Shown here in pieces: positions 27,450-40,052 of a stretch of 64,000 bases of DNA. How positions within the stretch are numbered: position 1 is the stretch's first letter; every line of letters starts with the position of its first letter. The DNA lies in assembly GCA_013265495.1 (NCBI GenBank), contig MU058531.1:3224911-3288910 (forward strand). Reading direction: 5' to 3'. The translations under genes and the position numbers were made by a program. The stretch comes from Vicugna vicugna (taxonomy: Eukaryota). A model generated the notes under the pieces. That model was given only the letters and a program-made list of their open reading frames with translations. It was not told the origin of the DNA and did not search any database.

Positions 27450-28000
27450 GACTTCAGTCTGTAATGGAGTAACTGATATTACCCCCTGTCACAAATAAAA
27501 TATTCATAAATATGAACAAAATATTAAAAATATGTTTTTAAGGTACTGAGCAACAGGCTGTACAGGGCTGTAATCTCTGAGAGAAGAGAAATAAATGAGG
27601 TATGGAAACAAATGCCCTGGCTTCAGGTTAAAGGCATTTAGGTTCTGGGATAGAGAAGAACTCAAGCAAAGCATTAGAATCTTGCTCAACTGAGGAGACA
27701 AATACTTGAGTTTGAAACTGAGAAAACTAGAATTTTCAGAGAAGTATGAGAGAGGAGGATATCATGAAGAGAAAAAGCGCCAGAAATCTGTATGGGGATA
27801 CACTTGATTCTAAGCTGTACTCAGCATAAGATGAGACACCACAGTCCAGGAAAAAGAAAAAAATAGCTACCAGAGAAAGAACAACTTCCAGGAAGCTATG
27901 AATTGAACAACTGTTAAGCTCACAATGTTTTGGGAGACTTCATTTCTAATCAACCAGACTGAAGAGACCTCATTAAGCACCCAGGACATTCACTATATCC
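27450..28000 (+). mobile_element. Old L1M 5' region (resumes at ~30450-30640)
   Basis: Purine-rich L1M 5'-end-like sequence; an ORF1-end-like block aggctaaaggaaaatgatacca lies at ~30478. Confidence 0.5.
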
Positions 28001-28004
28001 TCAT

Positions 28005-30440
28005 GTGACAATTTTAAGTTGCTGATCTCTTAATTTCAAATGCATTGTAACAACCATGCATTTTTACTCCCCTCCCCAAATGATTACTGGTTTTGACATC
28101 ACATTTTACATCTTTTTGTTTTGTGTATCCCTTAACTATGTATTACAGATATAGATTATTTTACTGCTTTCATCTTTTAACCTTCCTACTAGCTTTGTAC
28201 ATGGTTGATTTACTACCTTTACTGTATATCTGCCTTGACCAATGGCCTTTTCCTTTCATAATTTTCATGTTTCTAGCTGTGGCCTTTTCTTCTTCACTTA
28301 CAGAAGCCCCTTTAACATTTTCTGTAAAGCTGGTTTGGTGGTGTTGAACTCTTAGCTTTTGCTTTTTATCCCTCCATTAAGTCTGAATGAAAGCCTTGCT
28401 GGGTAGAGTATTCTTGGTTGTAAATTTTCCCCTTTTATCATCACTTTAAATATATCATGCCACTCCCTTCTGGCTGCAGAGTTTCTTTTGAAAAGTCTAT
28501 GCCCCTTTCTCCTCTTTTCCTTCTGGGATCCCTATAATATACATGTAAGAACACCTGATGTGGTTTCATAGGTCTCTTAAACAGTCCTCATTTTTTTTTC
28601 TTTTTTCTATTCCACTTCAGTGATTTCCATTACTCTATTTTCTGGCTCACTGATCTGCTCCTATGTATCACCTAATCTCCTGTGATTCCTTCCATTTTTT
28701 TTTTAATTTCAGTTTCTGTGTTCTTCAGCTCTATGTTTCTTCTTTACATCTCTACATCTTTGTTAAACACTGTGCTCATCGGCTTTTCCTCTGAGTTTTT
28801 TGATCATCTTTATGATCATTAACTTGAGCTCTTCATCAGGCAGATTGCTTATCTCCACTTCACTTAGTTCTTCTTGTGTGCTGCTTTGTTCCTTTGTTTG
28901 GAACATGCTCCTCTGCTGCTTCATTTTGCCTGAGTTGCTGTTTTTATTTCTATGTATCTGGTAGGTTAGTTACATTTCCTGCCATTGGAGAAGCGGCCTT
29001 TTGTAAGAGATGTCCTAGGCATCCCAGCAGCACACTCCCCTCTGATCACCAGAACTGTATGCTCTAGGAGTGCCCCTTTGTAGGCTATGTAGGTCTTTCT
29101 GTTGTGGCAGGCTGGGTACTGTGAGTAGCCTGGTAGGCATGACTGGCCTCCTGTCCAGTTAGTTCTAGGCTCTGCCTTATGCAAAGGCTGCCAAGCACTG
29201 GTTCATGGGGCTGGGTCATGGGGCAGGTGGTTGTGGAACCCTAGGGAATCCCAGGTCTAGTGCAGGTCCACTAGTGGGCAGAGCCATGTTCTGTGATGGG
29301 TGATTGTGGGGTCAGGTTTCCTGGACCTAGTGTCAGCCTGCTTCTGGGTGAGGCCAGCTCCTGACATAGCTGGCTATGGGATCTGGGGTGTCCCAAAGCC
29401 AGTACTGGACCCCTGGTGAGTAGGACTGGGTCCTGCAGCAGCTGACTGGGGGTTCAAAGTGTCTCAGAGATGTTTTTGGCCTGGCGGTGGGTGGGGCCAA
29501 GGCCTAGAATCTCCTGGGGCTAGTACTGGCTCACTGGTTGGCAGAGCCATGTCCCAGGATCTCTGGCTGCAGGACCCTGGGGGTCCTGGATCTAGTGTTG
29601 GTCTGCTGGTGAGTGGGGCCAGTTCCAGACAGTTGGCTGTGGGTCTAGGGTGTCCCAAAGCTTGTGTCAGCCTGCTGGTGGGTGGAGCTGGACCCCGGGG
29701 CAGCTTGTTGGGGGACCAAGATGTGTCAGAAGGGGTGCCAGCCTGCTGGTTGGTAGGAAGGACTCAGGGAGTCTAGGGGCTGATGCCAGCCTTCTGGTGA
29801 GTGGGCTGGGTCCTGCAACAACAAGCTGTGGGGCTGCAATGGTCCTGGGGCTGCTGTCTGACCACTCTGAGGCAGGGCTAGGGCTCAGGGGGTCTTGGAG
29901 CTGGTGCCTGCCCACTGGTGCGTGAGGCTGGTCCTAAAGCAGGTGAGTTTCACCCAGACTCCTTTCCAATTACTGCTTCTGCCCTGGGTTTTGGAGTGTG
30001 TGAGATTTTGTGTGCCCCCTTTAAGAGTGGAGTTTCTATTTCCCACAGCCCTCAGACTCTCCTAGAAGTAAGTCCTGCTGGTCTTCAAAGCCAAATGTTC
30101 TAGGGGATTTTCTTCCCAGTATAGGACCCCCCGGCTGGGGAGTCCGGCATGAGACTCTAACATGTTGCTCCTTGGGGAGAATCTCTGCAATTGAAATTAT
30201 CCTCCCGTTTGGGGGCCACCTACCAGTTGTATGTATGGGGTGTGCCTTGACTATACCTCCACTCCGCCCCTCCTACCTGTCTGGTGTGGCTCCTTCCTTA
30301 TAACTCTAGTTGCAGCAAATCTTTTTCTGCTAGGTTCTGGTCTTTCTTATCCATAGTTGCTCTGTAAGTAGCTGTAACTTTGGTGTGCCCATGGGTGGAG
30401 GTGAGCTCAGGGTCTTCCTACTCCACCATTTTGCTCCCAG
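28005..30440 (-). mobile_element. L1 5' portion: GC-rich repetitive 5' UTR plus degenerate, internally deleted ORF1
   Basis: Antisense ORF1 motifs (aaagccttgctgggtagagtattcttggttg; actttaaatatatcatgccactcccttctggc) and an end at ctactccaccattttg, typical of an L1 5' terminus. Confidence 0.75.
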
Positions 30441-30879
30441 AATCTCCTCCACAAGAAATATTTTTAAAAGTTCCTCAGGCTAAAGGAAAATGATACCATC
30501 TAGAAACTTAGATCTGCACAAAAGAATGGAAGGTGCCAGAAATGGTAAATATTTGAGTCTACATAAAAGATTTTTCTCCTCCTTTTTTATTGTCTGTAAA
30601 AGATAATTAACTGTCTCAAACAAAATAATAATAAATGTATCTATATATGAAGAACCTTATCATCTTTCATTTTCCCTCTCCCATTTTTAAATATTTCACA
30701 GTCACACCTTTTATTTCTACATTATAAATGTGGATACACATGATCATGTGCACATGTGTGCACACACACACATGCATACACACCTCGCAGGATGAAGGAA
30801 GATTCACCTTGGCAGAACTAGACTGGCCTTAAGGTATTTGTTATTCTAGAGCAGTAATGGTTAAAAAGTGGTCTTGGCA

Positions 30880-31662
30880 CTCACACCAGTCAGAATAGCC
30901 ATCATTAAAATGTTTACAAATAATAAATGCTGGAGAGGGTGTGGATAAAAAAGGAACCCTCCTACACTGTTGGTGGGGATGTAAATTGGTGCAGCCACTA
31001 TGGAGGTTCCTTAAAAACTAAAAATAGACTTACGATATGATCCAGCAATTCCACTCTTGGGCTTATATCTAGCATGAACTCTAATTCAAAAAGACACATA
31101 CGTCGCAATAGTCACAGCAGCAGTATTTACAATAGCCAAGACATGGAAGCAACATAAATGTCCATCAACAGATGACTGGATAAAGAAGTTGTGGTATATA
31201 CAATGGAATAAAAGAATGAAATAATGCCATTTGCAGCAACATGGATGGACCTAGAGATTATCATATTAAGTGAAGTAAGTCAGATTCAGAAAGACAAATA
31301 TCACATATCACTTGTATGTGAAATCTAAGAAAAAAAGGTACAAATTTTATTTATAATCCAGAAATAGACCCATGGACATAGAATACAAACTATGGTTACC
31401 ACGGAGGAAAGTGGGGGAGGAGGAATAAATTAGGAGTTTGAGATTAACAGATACACATTACTATATAAATAAAATAAATAAACAACAGGATCGACTGTAT
31501 AGCACAGGGAACTATATTCAATTTCTTGGGATAAACTATAATGGAAAAGAATCTGAAAAGAAAATATATGTATATGCATAACTGAATTGCTTTGCTGTAC
31601 ACCTGAAGTTAACATTGTAAATCAACTATTCTTCAATAAAATAAGTTTTTTTAAAAAAAAAA
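30880..31662 (+). mobile_element. L1 3' end (artiodactyl-type)
   Basis: ctcacaccagtcagaatagccatcatt..., tgtatagcacagggaactatattcaat motif, A tail. Confidence 0.88.
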
Positions 31663-32452
31663 AGAATGATGTGGGCTTGGGTGTTAAGGAGTCAAGGTTA
31701 AGTATAATTCCATCAGTAATTAACTATAGGACTCTGAGTAAATTACTTAACAAGCCAAAACCTAAATTTACTTGTCTGTGAAATGGGGGTGGAGTGCCTC
31801 TTGAAGAGCATGGGTCTGAATATTAATTAATTAGCATTTATAAAGTGTTAGCACATTGCCTGCCTGGCAAGAATAAAGGCTTGACAAAGGGTAACCATTA
31901 TTATCCTAAAGTTAAATAGGTCCCCACTTTGCCAGAAACCAACTTGGCCAGACACCAATAGATCAAAAAGATATAACAGGAACAAGGGAAAGTAGGAAGT
32001 GGTAAAATACTCTAAAATTCTTCATCTTCCAATGCAGAATAAAAGAAATCATCTAAAGTTAATACATCAGTAACCAGAGACCTAAGAATGTGTAACAGTG
32101 TAATGATAATCACTAGAAGAGTTAAACACAGAAATTGTTGACAGTGATTGCCCCTGAGAAGCAGGATTCAGGGAAGAGAGAAAAGTGTTTATTACTCATA
32201 GTGCACCCTTTTGTACTGCTAAAAATTTTATCATGTATTAAATATTGCATAAAACTTCAAAACCTGGTTCTATAATTTAAAAAGTACAGCTGGAGCAAGG
32301 AGCAAGGTTAAACAAATATACCTGGATTTGTGTAAAAATAAAACTTCTTTAGTGCTTCCTATCCTTACCACGGCTGAAGGAGAAACTGCTGCTGTTTCAG
32401 AAAACAAATACTGGCCTGCTGGCCTCTGTTATGTTGAAGTAGCCATGAACTC

Positions 32453-32483
32453 TGTGTGTGTGTGTGCGTGCGTGCGCGTGCGC
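32453..32483. repeat. (TG)n/(CG) alternating purine-pyrimidine tract
   Basis: tgtgtgtgtgtgtgcgtgcgtgcgcgtgcgc. Confidence 0.9.
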
Positions 32484-33239
32484 CCGTGGGTATGTACATG
32501 TGTGTCCATACATCTGTTTGTCTGTAAAGTAAATAACGCTTTATAGTTTAGTATTGGAATTCTCTGCTGTCTGACTCTTCGCCTAATCCCTCTTCCTCCT
32601 TGAGGGCTCATATTACTAAAAATTAAAATGATATGAAGTGAAGAAAAGCAATTTCTATAATAATATTAACAGAAGCCAACCTACTATCTCACCTATCATG
32701 ATATCTCATTATCACACTCCAGGGTCCACAGCTCTAATCTCTTCCTAACTCATTTCTGCTTCTTGAAGAGCATGGGTCTGAAGATTAATTAAATTGGCAT
32801 ATATAAAGTGTTACTTCTGTTGTTCAAAGTTGCAGTCTTAGCTAGAATCCTCAGGGCAGGTGTTGGGGGTGGGTGTTCATAGACAATATGCATAGTGAAT
32901 AGGTATCCACAAATAATACAGACCTGATTTTAACCCCTTTCTGAATCTTCTGCCTGTCCAGGGCATTCTACTATTTTCCCTGCACTCTTTTACTGTCCAC
33001 TCTATTTCTCTTTTCCCATTAAATCCCATTATTGAGAAAGTCAAGATGCTAGAAAGACACCATAAGCCTAACGCAAACCTCACAGCATCACTGTAGTGTA
33101 GAATGTAGTCATGGAGTACTGCCGTAGTAATGGCCTTAAGGTTCAAGCCAGGATATAATGTGAAAGAAACTGCTCTAATGAGTTCTTCTTGGAAGCCAGC
33201 AATCCTGGTAATTGAAAACAACTGGATGAGTAGTCATCC

Positions 33240-33680
33240 AGACCATGGGCTTCTGACGGTCCTGAGTTCCAATCCTATCTCTGCTCTTCCCTATTAGTGT
33301 GACTTTGGCAAGTTGTTTAACTGGAGCCTCAATTTTCTCATCTGTAAAATGGGCTAATAAAATACACACCTTGTTTTTTAAAAAGGACTTACTCTCTGGT
33401 GCTCTACATGTTACTACTTCATTTCATTCTCACAGCAGCTGGATACTATTATTATCCGTTCTTATAGACTGACAACAGAGGTTCAGAGAGAGGCTAAGTC
33501 TCTCATCTGAAGTCACACAGCTGGTAAGTAACACAGCCAGGAGGGTACACAGGCAGTCTGACTCCAGAGCCCTGCTTTTAGCTATTATGCTAAACTGTCT
33601 GATAAAGTTCACCCAAGGATTAAATGAAACAATGCATTTAATACTGCTTGGCATATTTTGTGCATTTAATAAAGAGCAAT
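33240..33680. mobile_element. Cluster of MIR SINEs (others at ~2385-2600, 14790-15085, 23400-23620, 38640-38850, 54040-54220, 56720-56950, 62500-62730)
   Basis: MIR core gcctcaattttctcatctgtaaaatggg and gtcacacagctggtaagt. Confidence 0.7.
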
Positions 33681-34764
33681 GCTGGGTGGAATCCAAATCC
33701 TAAATTACAACAAACTTGGGGGTAAAGTGGATTACATTGTACTTTTATCATACAGAGCCAAGTCTAAAGTTCAGGCATCCTCACTCTCAGAAAATCTGTA
33801 AACAGGAAGCAAGTTCCCGCAGGAGGAAATGGGTTCCCTAGGGCTCCAGAAATCATTTACACGGGAGCTACCTCTTCTAGCGCAGGGACAGAGGAGAATA
33901 GCAAAGCAAGAAATGGCCGGAGAAAGTCCTGGCAGCGCTAAGGCCCACAGGGCTCTCCTCTGCCCAGCAGTGACTGCTCTGGGATCCAGCCCTGTGACTT
34001 CTGAGCTGAGGAAATGGAGATGAAGAGGGCCAGGTTCATGCGTCCAGAACTCTACAACCACACAGAACCATGTACTGACTCCCAGGTCAGTGTATCAAAC
34101 TCAGAGGGAGCAGGGAGCTAAACAAGACTCACTCACACGGCTGGGCATTGATTTTGCATGATGCTGGGTCATGCCGGCCTCATTTTTCACTCCTCCATCA
34201 TTGCCGACCCCACCCCTGTGAAGACAGCAGCCTTGCCTCTTTTGTCCCCTACTCTTCCCTGCTAAGAACTGTAAACGATCCAGGATCTGGCATAGGCACT
34301 CTAATAACATTTGTTGAATGAGTTACATGAACAAAAATTAAGATAAATGTAAATATATTAGGGAATAGAATAGAAAATTGGCATACATTTTTAAGATGGG
34401 ATATAGAACTTCAAAGAAACTTCCTGTTTCTGATAAGGGCTTTAAACTCTGTGTCCAGAAATTAGAGTTCCAAGTTTACACTCTTTAGCTGTGAGGGATA
34501 CTTGGATGGAAAAGTTTCAGAAGTATGGTACATGCAATAGTAGGCTACCTCTTTTCCTACAATTAGTTTCCTTTTTTATGCATCATCTCCGCTCTGTAAT
34601 CATGAGCCAGAACTGAAGAGAGGGCGTGGCTAGTGCTGGGGAAAATATCTTGCATGCCTCAGTTTGTATGCAGACCCAGGTTTACTTTAAGTTTAGATGT
34701 ACATTGCTGGCTTATTACCTGTCTGCTGCACACCCTTAGAAGGGTTTTCCCTGGCATATTTTTT

Positions 34765-35362
34765 AACTTTTTAAAATAGTGCTAAATGTATATAATGTAA
34801 AATTGACCATTTTAACCATTTTAAAGTGTACAGTTCAGTGGCATTAGGTGAATTCACACTGCTATACAACAATGACCATGATCTATCCACAGAACTCTTT
34901 CATCATCTGAAACTGACACTCTGTACTCATTAAACAATAACTCCCCGTTCCCTCCTCCCCTCAGTTCCTGGCAACCACCATTCTATTTTCTGTCTCTATG
35001 AATTTGACTCTTCTAGAGCCCTCATATAAGGGGAATTATGCAGTATTTGTCCTTTTAGGTTTGGCTTATTTCATAGTATAATGTTTTCAAGGTTCATCCA
35101 TGTAGCATGTGTCAGAATTTCATTCCTTTTTAAAGGCTGAATAATATTCCATTCTATGTATATACTACATTTTCTTTATCCATTCATCTATGGATGGATC
35201 TGTGGGGTTCCATCTTTCCACCACTGTGAATAATGCTGCTATGAGAATTGGTGTACAAATATCTGCTTGATTCCTTGCTTTCAGTTCTTCTGGGCATGTA
35301 CCCAGTAGTGAAATTTCTGAATCATAAGATAATTCTATGTTTAACTTTTTTTTTGAGGAATC
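34765..35362 (-). mobile_element. L1MB-like 3' end
   Basis: ccattttaaagtgtacagttcagtggcatt and cctggcaaccaccattctattttctgtctctatgaatttgac motifs; a shorter relative lies at ~15990-16200. Confidence 0.82.
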
Positions 35363-36508
35363 TGCTATACTTCCAGAGTTAGTTCTTTATCATCTATTGA
35401 AACAGTTTATTTTGCCTCTCTAATGTACTATCCTACATTTATAATAAACCACCTCTATTTTGCTTGTTCCTTCTTTCATTTGCCAAGGCATTTAGAATTT
35501 CGATCTTATGTTCCACAATACTCATCTCCCCCAAAACACAACCATTGACCCTCATGCTTTGGAATGAACTTCTGTCTTCCAAATGAGAAGGTGCATTAGT
35601 TCAAAGAGTAAGAAACTAATTTTGGGGTGAGGGTCGGGGGGCAATGGAGTCTTTCAATCAGTACTAAGATACCAGTCTGGTATGCATCAGGTAGACCTAC
35701 TAGAAGGGTTCCAGATTTACCAATGTCTCACTTAAGACCATCCCTGACACGCAAACAGTAGTGAAAATCAGGAGTTGAACTCCTGCGGTTGCTGGAGGTC
35801 TCCCTCTGCCACCACTGGGATGATGAGGATTTTGGACTCTCACTTGTTAATAGGACAATTAGAGCCCGCCTCTCGTCTCCTTTCACCTTCCTTCTGCTTT
35901 CTTTACACCAGAACTATAGGAGTGCCACCCCCACTGTGGTTAGCTGGCATCCTGTGGAGAGCTCCTGTTTTCGTTGGAGGATTGAATTCCTTCCAAAACA
36001 GAAGAATTTCATTTGGAACACTGCATGATTTTACATATAGAAGCAATACTCTTTCACATTCTGTCTCCTAGCTACTTTGTAATCAAGCCTTTCTCCCTGC
36101 CTCCTCTGCCTTGAGGTCAAAATCTCACCTAGACCACCACAACGGGCTGAGCTGGTCTCCCCCACAGTTGGGATTTCTGCCCCACTCTTCACATTATGGG
36201 GGGAATCCACCTCTCACCAGCTTAATGCTGAGGTCATCAGAGCCTTGATATAACAATGTTCAAAGAAGAATTTAACCACTCCATGCCTCTGCTGGGTGGG
36301 GCTGCAACAGAGCCGTGTCTTCTTACTTCTAGTCTGACCTAAACTTCTCTTACCAGTTGCTTTTTATGTTTGTTTTGCATGGCTCTCGTTTAGCAAACAA
36401 GAATGACTGTAACTGATATCATTCATATAGCAAGGTCAGCAGCAGAGGGAAAGGAAGTTGAATGAATTTCAAGACCAAAATCATTTTATCACTGTTTAGT
36501 CACCTTAG

Positions 36509-36993
36509 TGTCAACTGAAAAAGAAAAAAAGAAAAAAAAAAGCACAATGTGAGAGTTGTGAGTTAAGTTTTATCTGGGGCAAAATGAGGACTATATCCTG
36601 GAAGACAACATCTCAGATAGCTCTGAGGAGCTGCTCCAAAGAGGTAAGGGAGAAGGTCAGTATTATACATGATTATAGTGAAGAGGGTACATGCAACCAA
36701 GCACATTTTGGCAGAGGCTTGCTGCTAGTCACGAGAAGCAGATGTCACCACTAATGATGTTAGTGCTTTTCTAGATATGAGAAGCTGCAAGAATTTGGGC
36801 TCATAAAATCTCCTGAAAATATCTAGCTATCTAGCAGGCCTGTTCTGCCAGTTTTTTCCCCCAGAGCACAGAGTGCCTCATTTTTGATCTCTAGAGTGAA
36901 CTCCTTTCAGGCTGTGTTGAAGGTCAGCGACTGCAGGGGCTAGAGACTTAATCCTCGTAGAGGCAGATGGCAAGTGCCAATTTTTAGCTGGCA
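36509..36993 (-). mobile_element. Solo ERV1 LTR
   Basis: tgtcaact...agctggca termini and 4-bp TSD ttag (36505-36508, 36994-36997). Confidence 0.82.
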
Positions 36994-37184
36994 TTAGTCA
37001 ACACTGGTGTGGTACCTATTTTCTTCTCTTTCTTTTCTCCCTTTTTGAGGACAGTAACCAAAGTGAAGTACTTAAGGTACGTCTTGCTCAAATCATCCAT
37101 TTCTTTCTTCCTTATACTTCCTAGCCACCATCTTCACCATTTCAAGAGGGAGACTAAAAGGATCCTTGGACCCAATTCCACCAT

Positions 37185-38212
37185 GATGGTGGGGAGGAGG
37201 GAGGTTTCCCCACACCAACAACAGTTCTCTGGACAGATTAGTGTCTTACAATTCAACTCAATTCTAACACTGTTTACCAGGAGATAACACAGGTTAATCC
37301 CACAGGTTAAAGACTCACTCCTACAAGACTGCCCCCACCCCTTCAGATGCCAATCACAAGCCCAGGTTATCACCTGTGCTTCTGACCAACCTGCTAATAG
37401 GCTGGAGGTTCCAAAGACTCTCTCCTTGGACTTCAGATGCCAGTTGCAAGTCCAGGTTCTTACCTGGACCTATGACTAACTGGCTATAAGTCAGAGGTTA
37501 CCATGGCCTCCTCCTTGGGTTTGATTAATTTGTTAGAGCAGTTCACAGAACTGAAAGAAATATTTTACTTACTAGATCATTAGTTTATTATAAAAAATAT
37601 TTTAAACTCAGGAATAGCCATATAGCTGAACAGGGCAAGGTACAGTGAAAGGATGCAGAGTTCCCATGCCCTCTCCACACATGCCACTCTCCAGCACCTC
37701 CACACGTTCACCAAGCCATGTTCTGAACCCCTCCTTCTGGGTTTTTATGGAGACTTCATTACATAGGTATTATCGATTAAATCACCGGCCATCTGTGAGT
37801 GAATGCAATCTCCAGCTCATAGCTCCACCCCAGAGGTCGAAGGTCGGGGTGGGACTGAAAGTGCCAACCCTCCAATCCCCTGGTTGGTTCCCCTGGCAAC
37901 CAGACCCCATCCTTAGGTGCTTTCTAAAAGTCACCTCATTAATACAAACCCAGTTGTGCTGGAAAGAGGCTTATTATGAATAACAAGACATCCATTTCAT
38001 CGCTAAGGTTCAGAAGTCATTTCAGGAACTGAGAATTAGAGGCCAAATATTGTGACAAAAGATGCTCCTATTGCTCTTATTGCTCAGGAAATTCCAAAGG
38101 TTTTGAGAGCTATGAACCAGGAACCACGACTGAAGATCAAATATATGTGAGAAATATATTTTGGTCATCTAAATGTGGCCAAATATATATTCCCTGTAAA
38201 TCACAGTATCTT
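37185..38212 (-). mobile_element. MER21-like LTR
   Basis: caattcaactcaattctaacact and cttcagatgccaatcacaagcccaggtt...ctgtgcttctgaccaac blocks, with the internal repeat typical of MER21. Confidence 0.75.
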
Positions 38213-39717
38213 ATGGGCTCTTCAAATGCTCTGCGCACTTAAATCTCAGAATGCAACTGTGAAATTGCACTCAATTTCTTGATGTCTGTAGAAGCTTCTT
38301 GGTTCTTGCTTCATAATCATGATCTACCACCCGCACGACCCCTCCCTACAATTTCCCCACCACCAAAACACCACTACCACCACCAAGAACCAAATCCATT
38401 GCATATACTCTTGTAAGTAGCCTTAAATTCTTTTTAAGAATAAGGCAAAGGTATATGTTCATCATGTTCAAATTCAGGTGGCAATTTGTCCCAGTTTGCC
38501 TAGGGCAGTCCCAGTTTATGCCTATTGCCCTGTATAATCTTTAAAAGGGCTCCCTCTGTTACTCTAAAAAAAAAAAGTCCAAGTTTGGAGGATAAATTAT
38601 ATATTTGCTCTACTTAAAAATAAACTTGATTTTCCAGTAAAGTGCTTTCCAGGTGACAAGGTGCTTTTGCGCACATCATTGCACTTCATTTGCACAACTC
38701 TGCAAAGTAGGAAGGGAAATATTTTATCTATACTAACTAAATGAAGTAACCAAGGCTTCAGGTAGCACCCTGGTGACTGTCCAAGGTCACACATTCAGTG
38801 ACAGAATCAGTGCCAGAACCCAGGACTCCTGACTTCAAGTCCAATATTGTTTAGCTATGGACCACTTAGTGCAAAAATCTAAGTAAAGGCAAACCTCATT
38901 CTCTTGTTTAGTAACCTGTTCGAGCTTGGACCTAGAACAGTTTAGACAGGTTCATCCTTGCCCAGAGATTCTCCTCTCATATTTGAAGCAAGTAAAGAGA
39001 TGAAAAAAGAATTACGTAAACATAAAGAAGCATTAGTGAATCCTGGGGCCCAATGACATATATCTTTGATTTTACCACGTGCAATTACATCAGATTATTG
39101 TAATTTTATATCTAACCATATTAGGATGTCTCAGGCAACAACAGGAAGGAAGAGACAGGGAGGGAGGAAGGAGGTAATGAGGAAGAGAAAGAGAGAGAGA
39201 GAAAAGCAATGAAGATCAGCAATAAATGCCTACAGTTACACAAAGCATATAAATGGGTCTTGCTCGTCTTATAGATAGGTTTTCCCTATGGTAAAATTCT
39301 ACCCTCCTTGGATAAATGGCAATGACACAACAGAGGAAAAACTCTGGAGCCTTCAGAGACAGGCACAGTGCTTGGCAAGGTCTTCAGGGTGTCCCAGAGG
39401 TGCTGAATGCGGCGCTACTATATTCAGAGTAAGTAAACGCACACTCCCCTAACCTCCTGACGGTCTGCCCCAAGAGAAAGCCGCAGGATCCGCGGGGGTC
39501 CTTCCCTCCCTTTGCAATGACAGAAAGGGGTCCTGTGTGCCTTGGGAAGGATGGCTCCAAGACACTGGCCAGTCTAGCCAGACCGCAGCAGAGGGATGGA
39601 CGCCTTCGGGCCAGCCCCGGGCGCCGCAGCTTGACCTGGGAGGCGATGGCCTCCCCCAGCGCAAGAGGTCGGGGAGCTGAAGGTGAGAGGGCGGCGGAGG
39701 ACAAGCGCTGTCCCCGC

Positions 39718-39804
39718 GGGGCGGGGCCCGGGGGCGGGGGTGGGGCAGGGAGGGAGGAGGGCCACGCGCGCATGCGCCGCACCGCCACGGCAACCGGCCG
39801 GAAG
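39718..39804 (+). promoter_or_regulatory. Core promoter motifs: GC boxes GGGGCGGGG (39718-39726, 39731-39739), NRF1-type palindrome GCGCATGCGC (39768-39777), ETS/GABP CCGGAAG (39798-39804)
   Basis: Direct motif matches 70-160 bp upstream of the ATG; typical TATA-less CpG-island promoter grammar. Confidence 0.7.
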
Positions 39805-39874
39805 AGCCGGGCAGCAAACCCGCTGCCGCGGGCGCTAGACGCCGCCGTGGCCGCGTGGAGAACGCCGCCCGGCG

Positions 39875-40052
39875 ATGCGGCCCCTGGACAACTCCGGGGC
39901 CGCCGAGCAGCTGGAGTCCGTGCTGCAACTGAAGGACGACCGGCCCCCGGGCGCCAGCCAGCAGCCGGCTGCCGCCGAGGTAGCGGAGACCCCTGGTCCT
40001 GGCAGGTGCTGGCAATGCGGTTCCTCGCCGTGCGGCTCGAGCGCGCAGCAGG
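39875..40052 (+). CDS. SLC35G1: SLC35G1 coding exon 1 (178 nt): MRPLDNSGAAEQLESVLQLKDDRPPGASQQPAAAEVAETPGPGRCWQCGSSPCGSSAQQ
   Basis: ATG at 39875 lies inside the CpG island and the N-terminus resembles mammalian SLC35G1. Donor G|GTGAGT at 40053. Phase 1 joins in frame to exon 2. Confidence 0.93.

Noticed and set aside
29100..29950. GC-rich quasi-tandem repeats suggestive of an array or coding repeat
   Set aside because: Degenerate subunits of an L1 5' UTR; no constant repeat-spacer structure and CpG-depleted.
28005..31662. Possible twin-priming 5'-inverted single L1 (minus 5' part plus the plus-strand 3' part)
   Set aside because: About 440 bp of unrelated older sequence separates the parts and no shared TSD was found.
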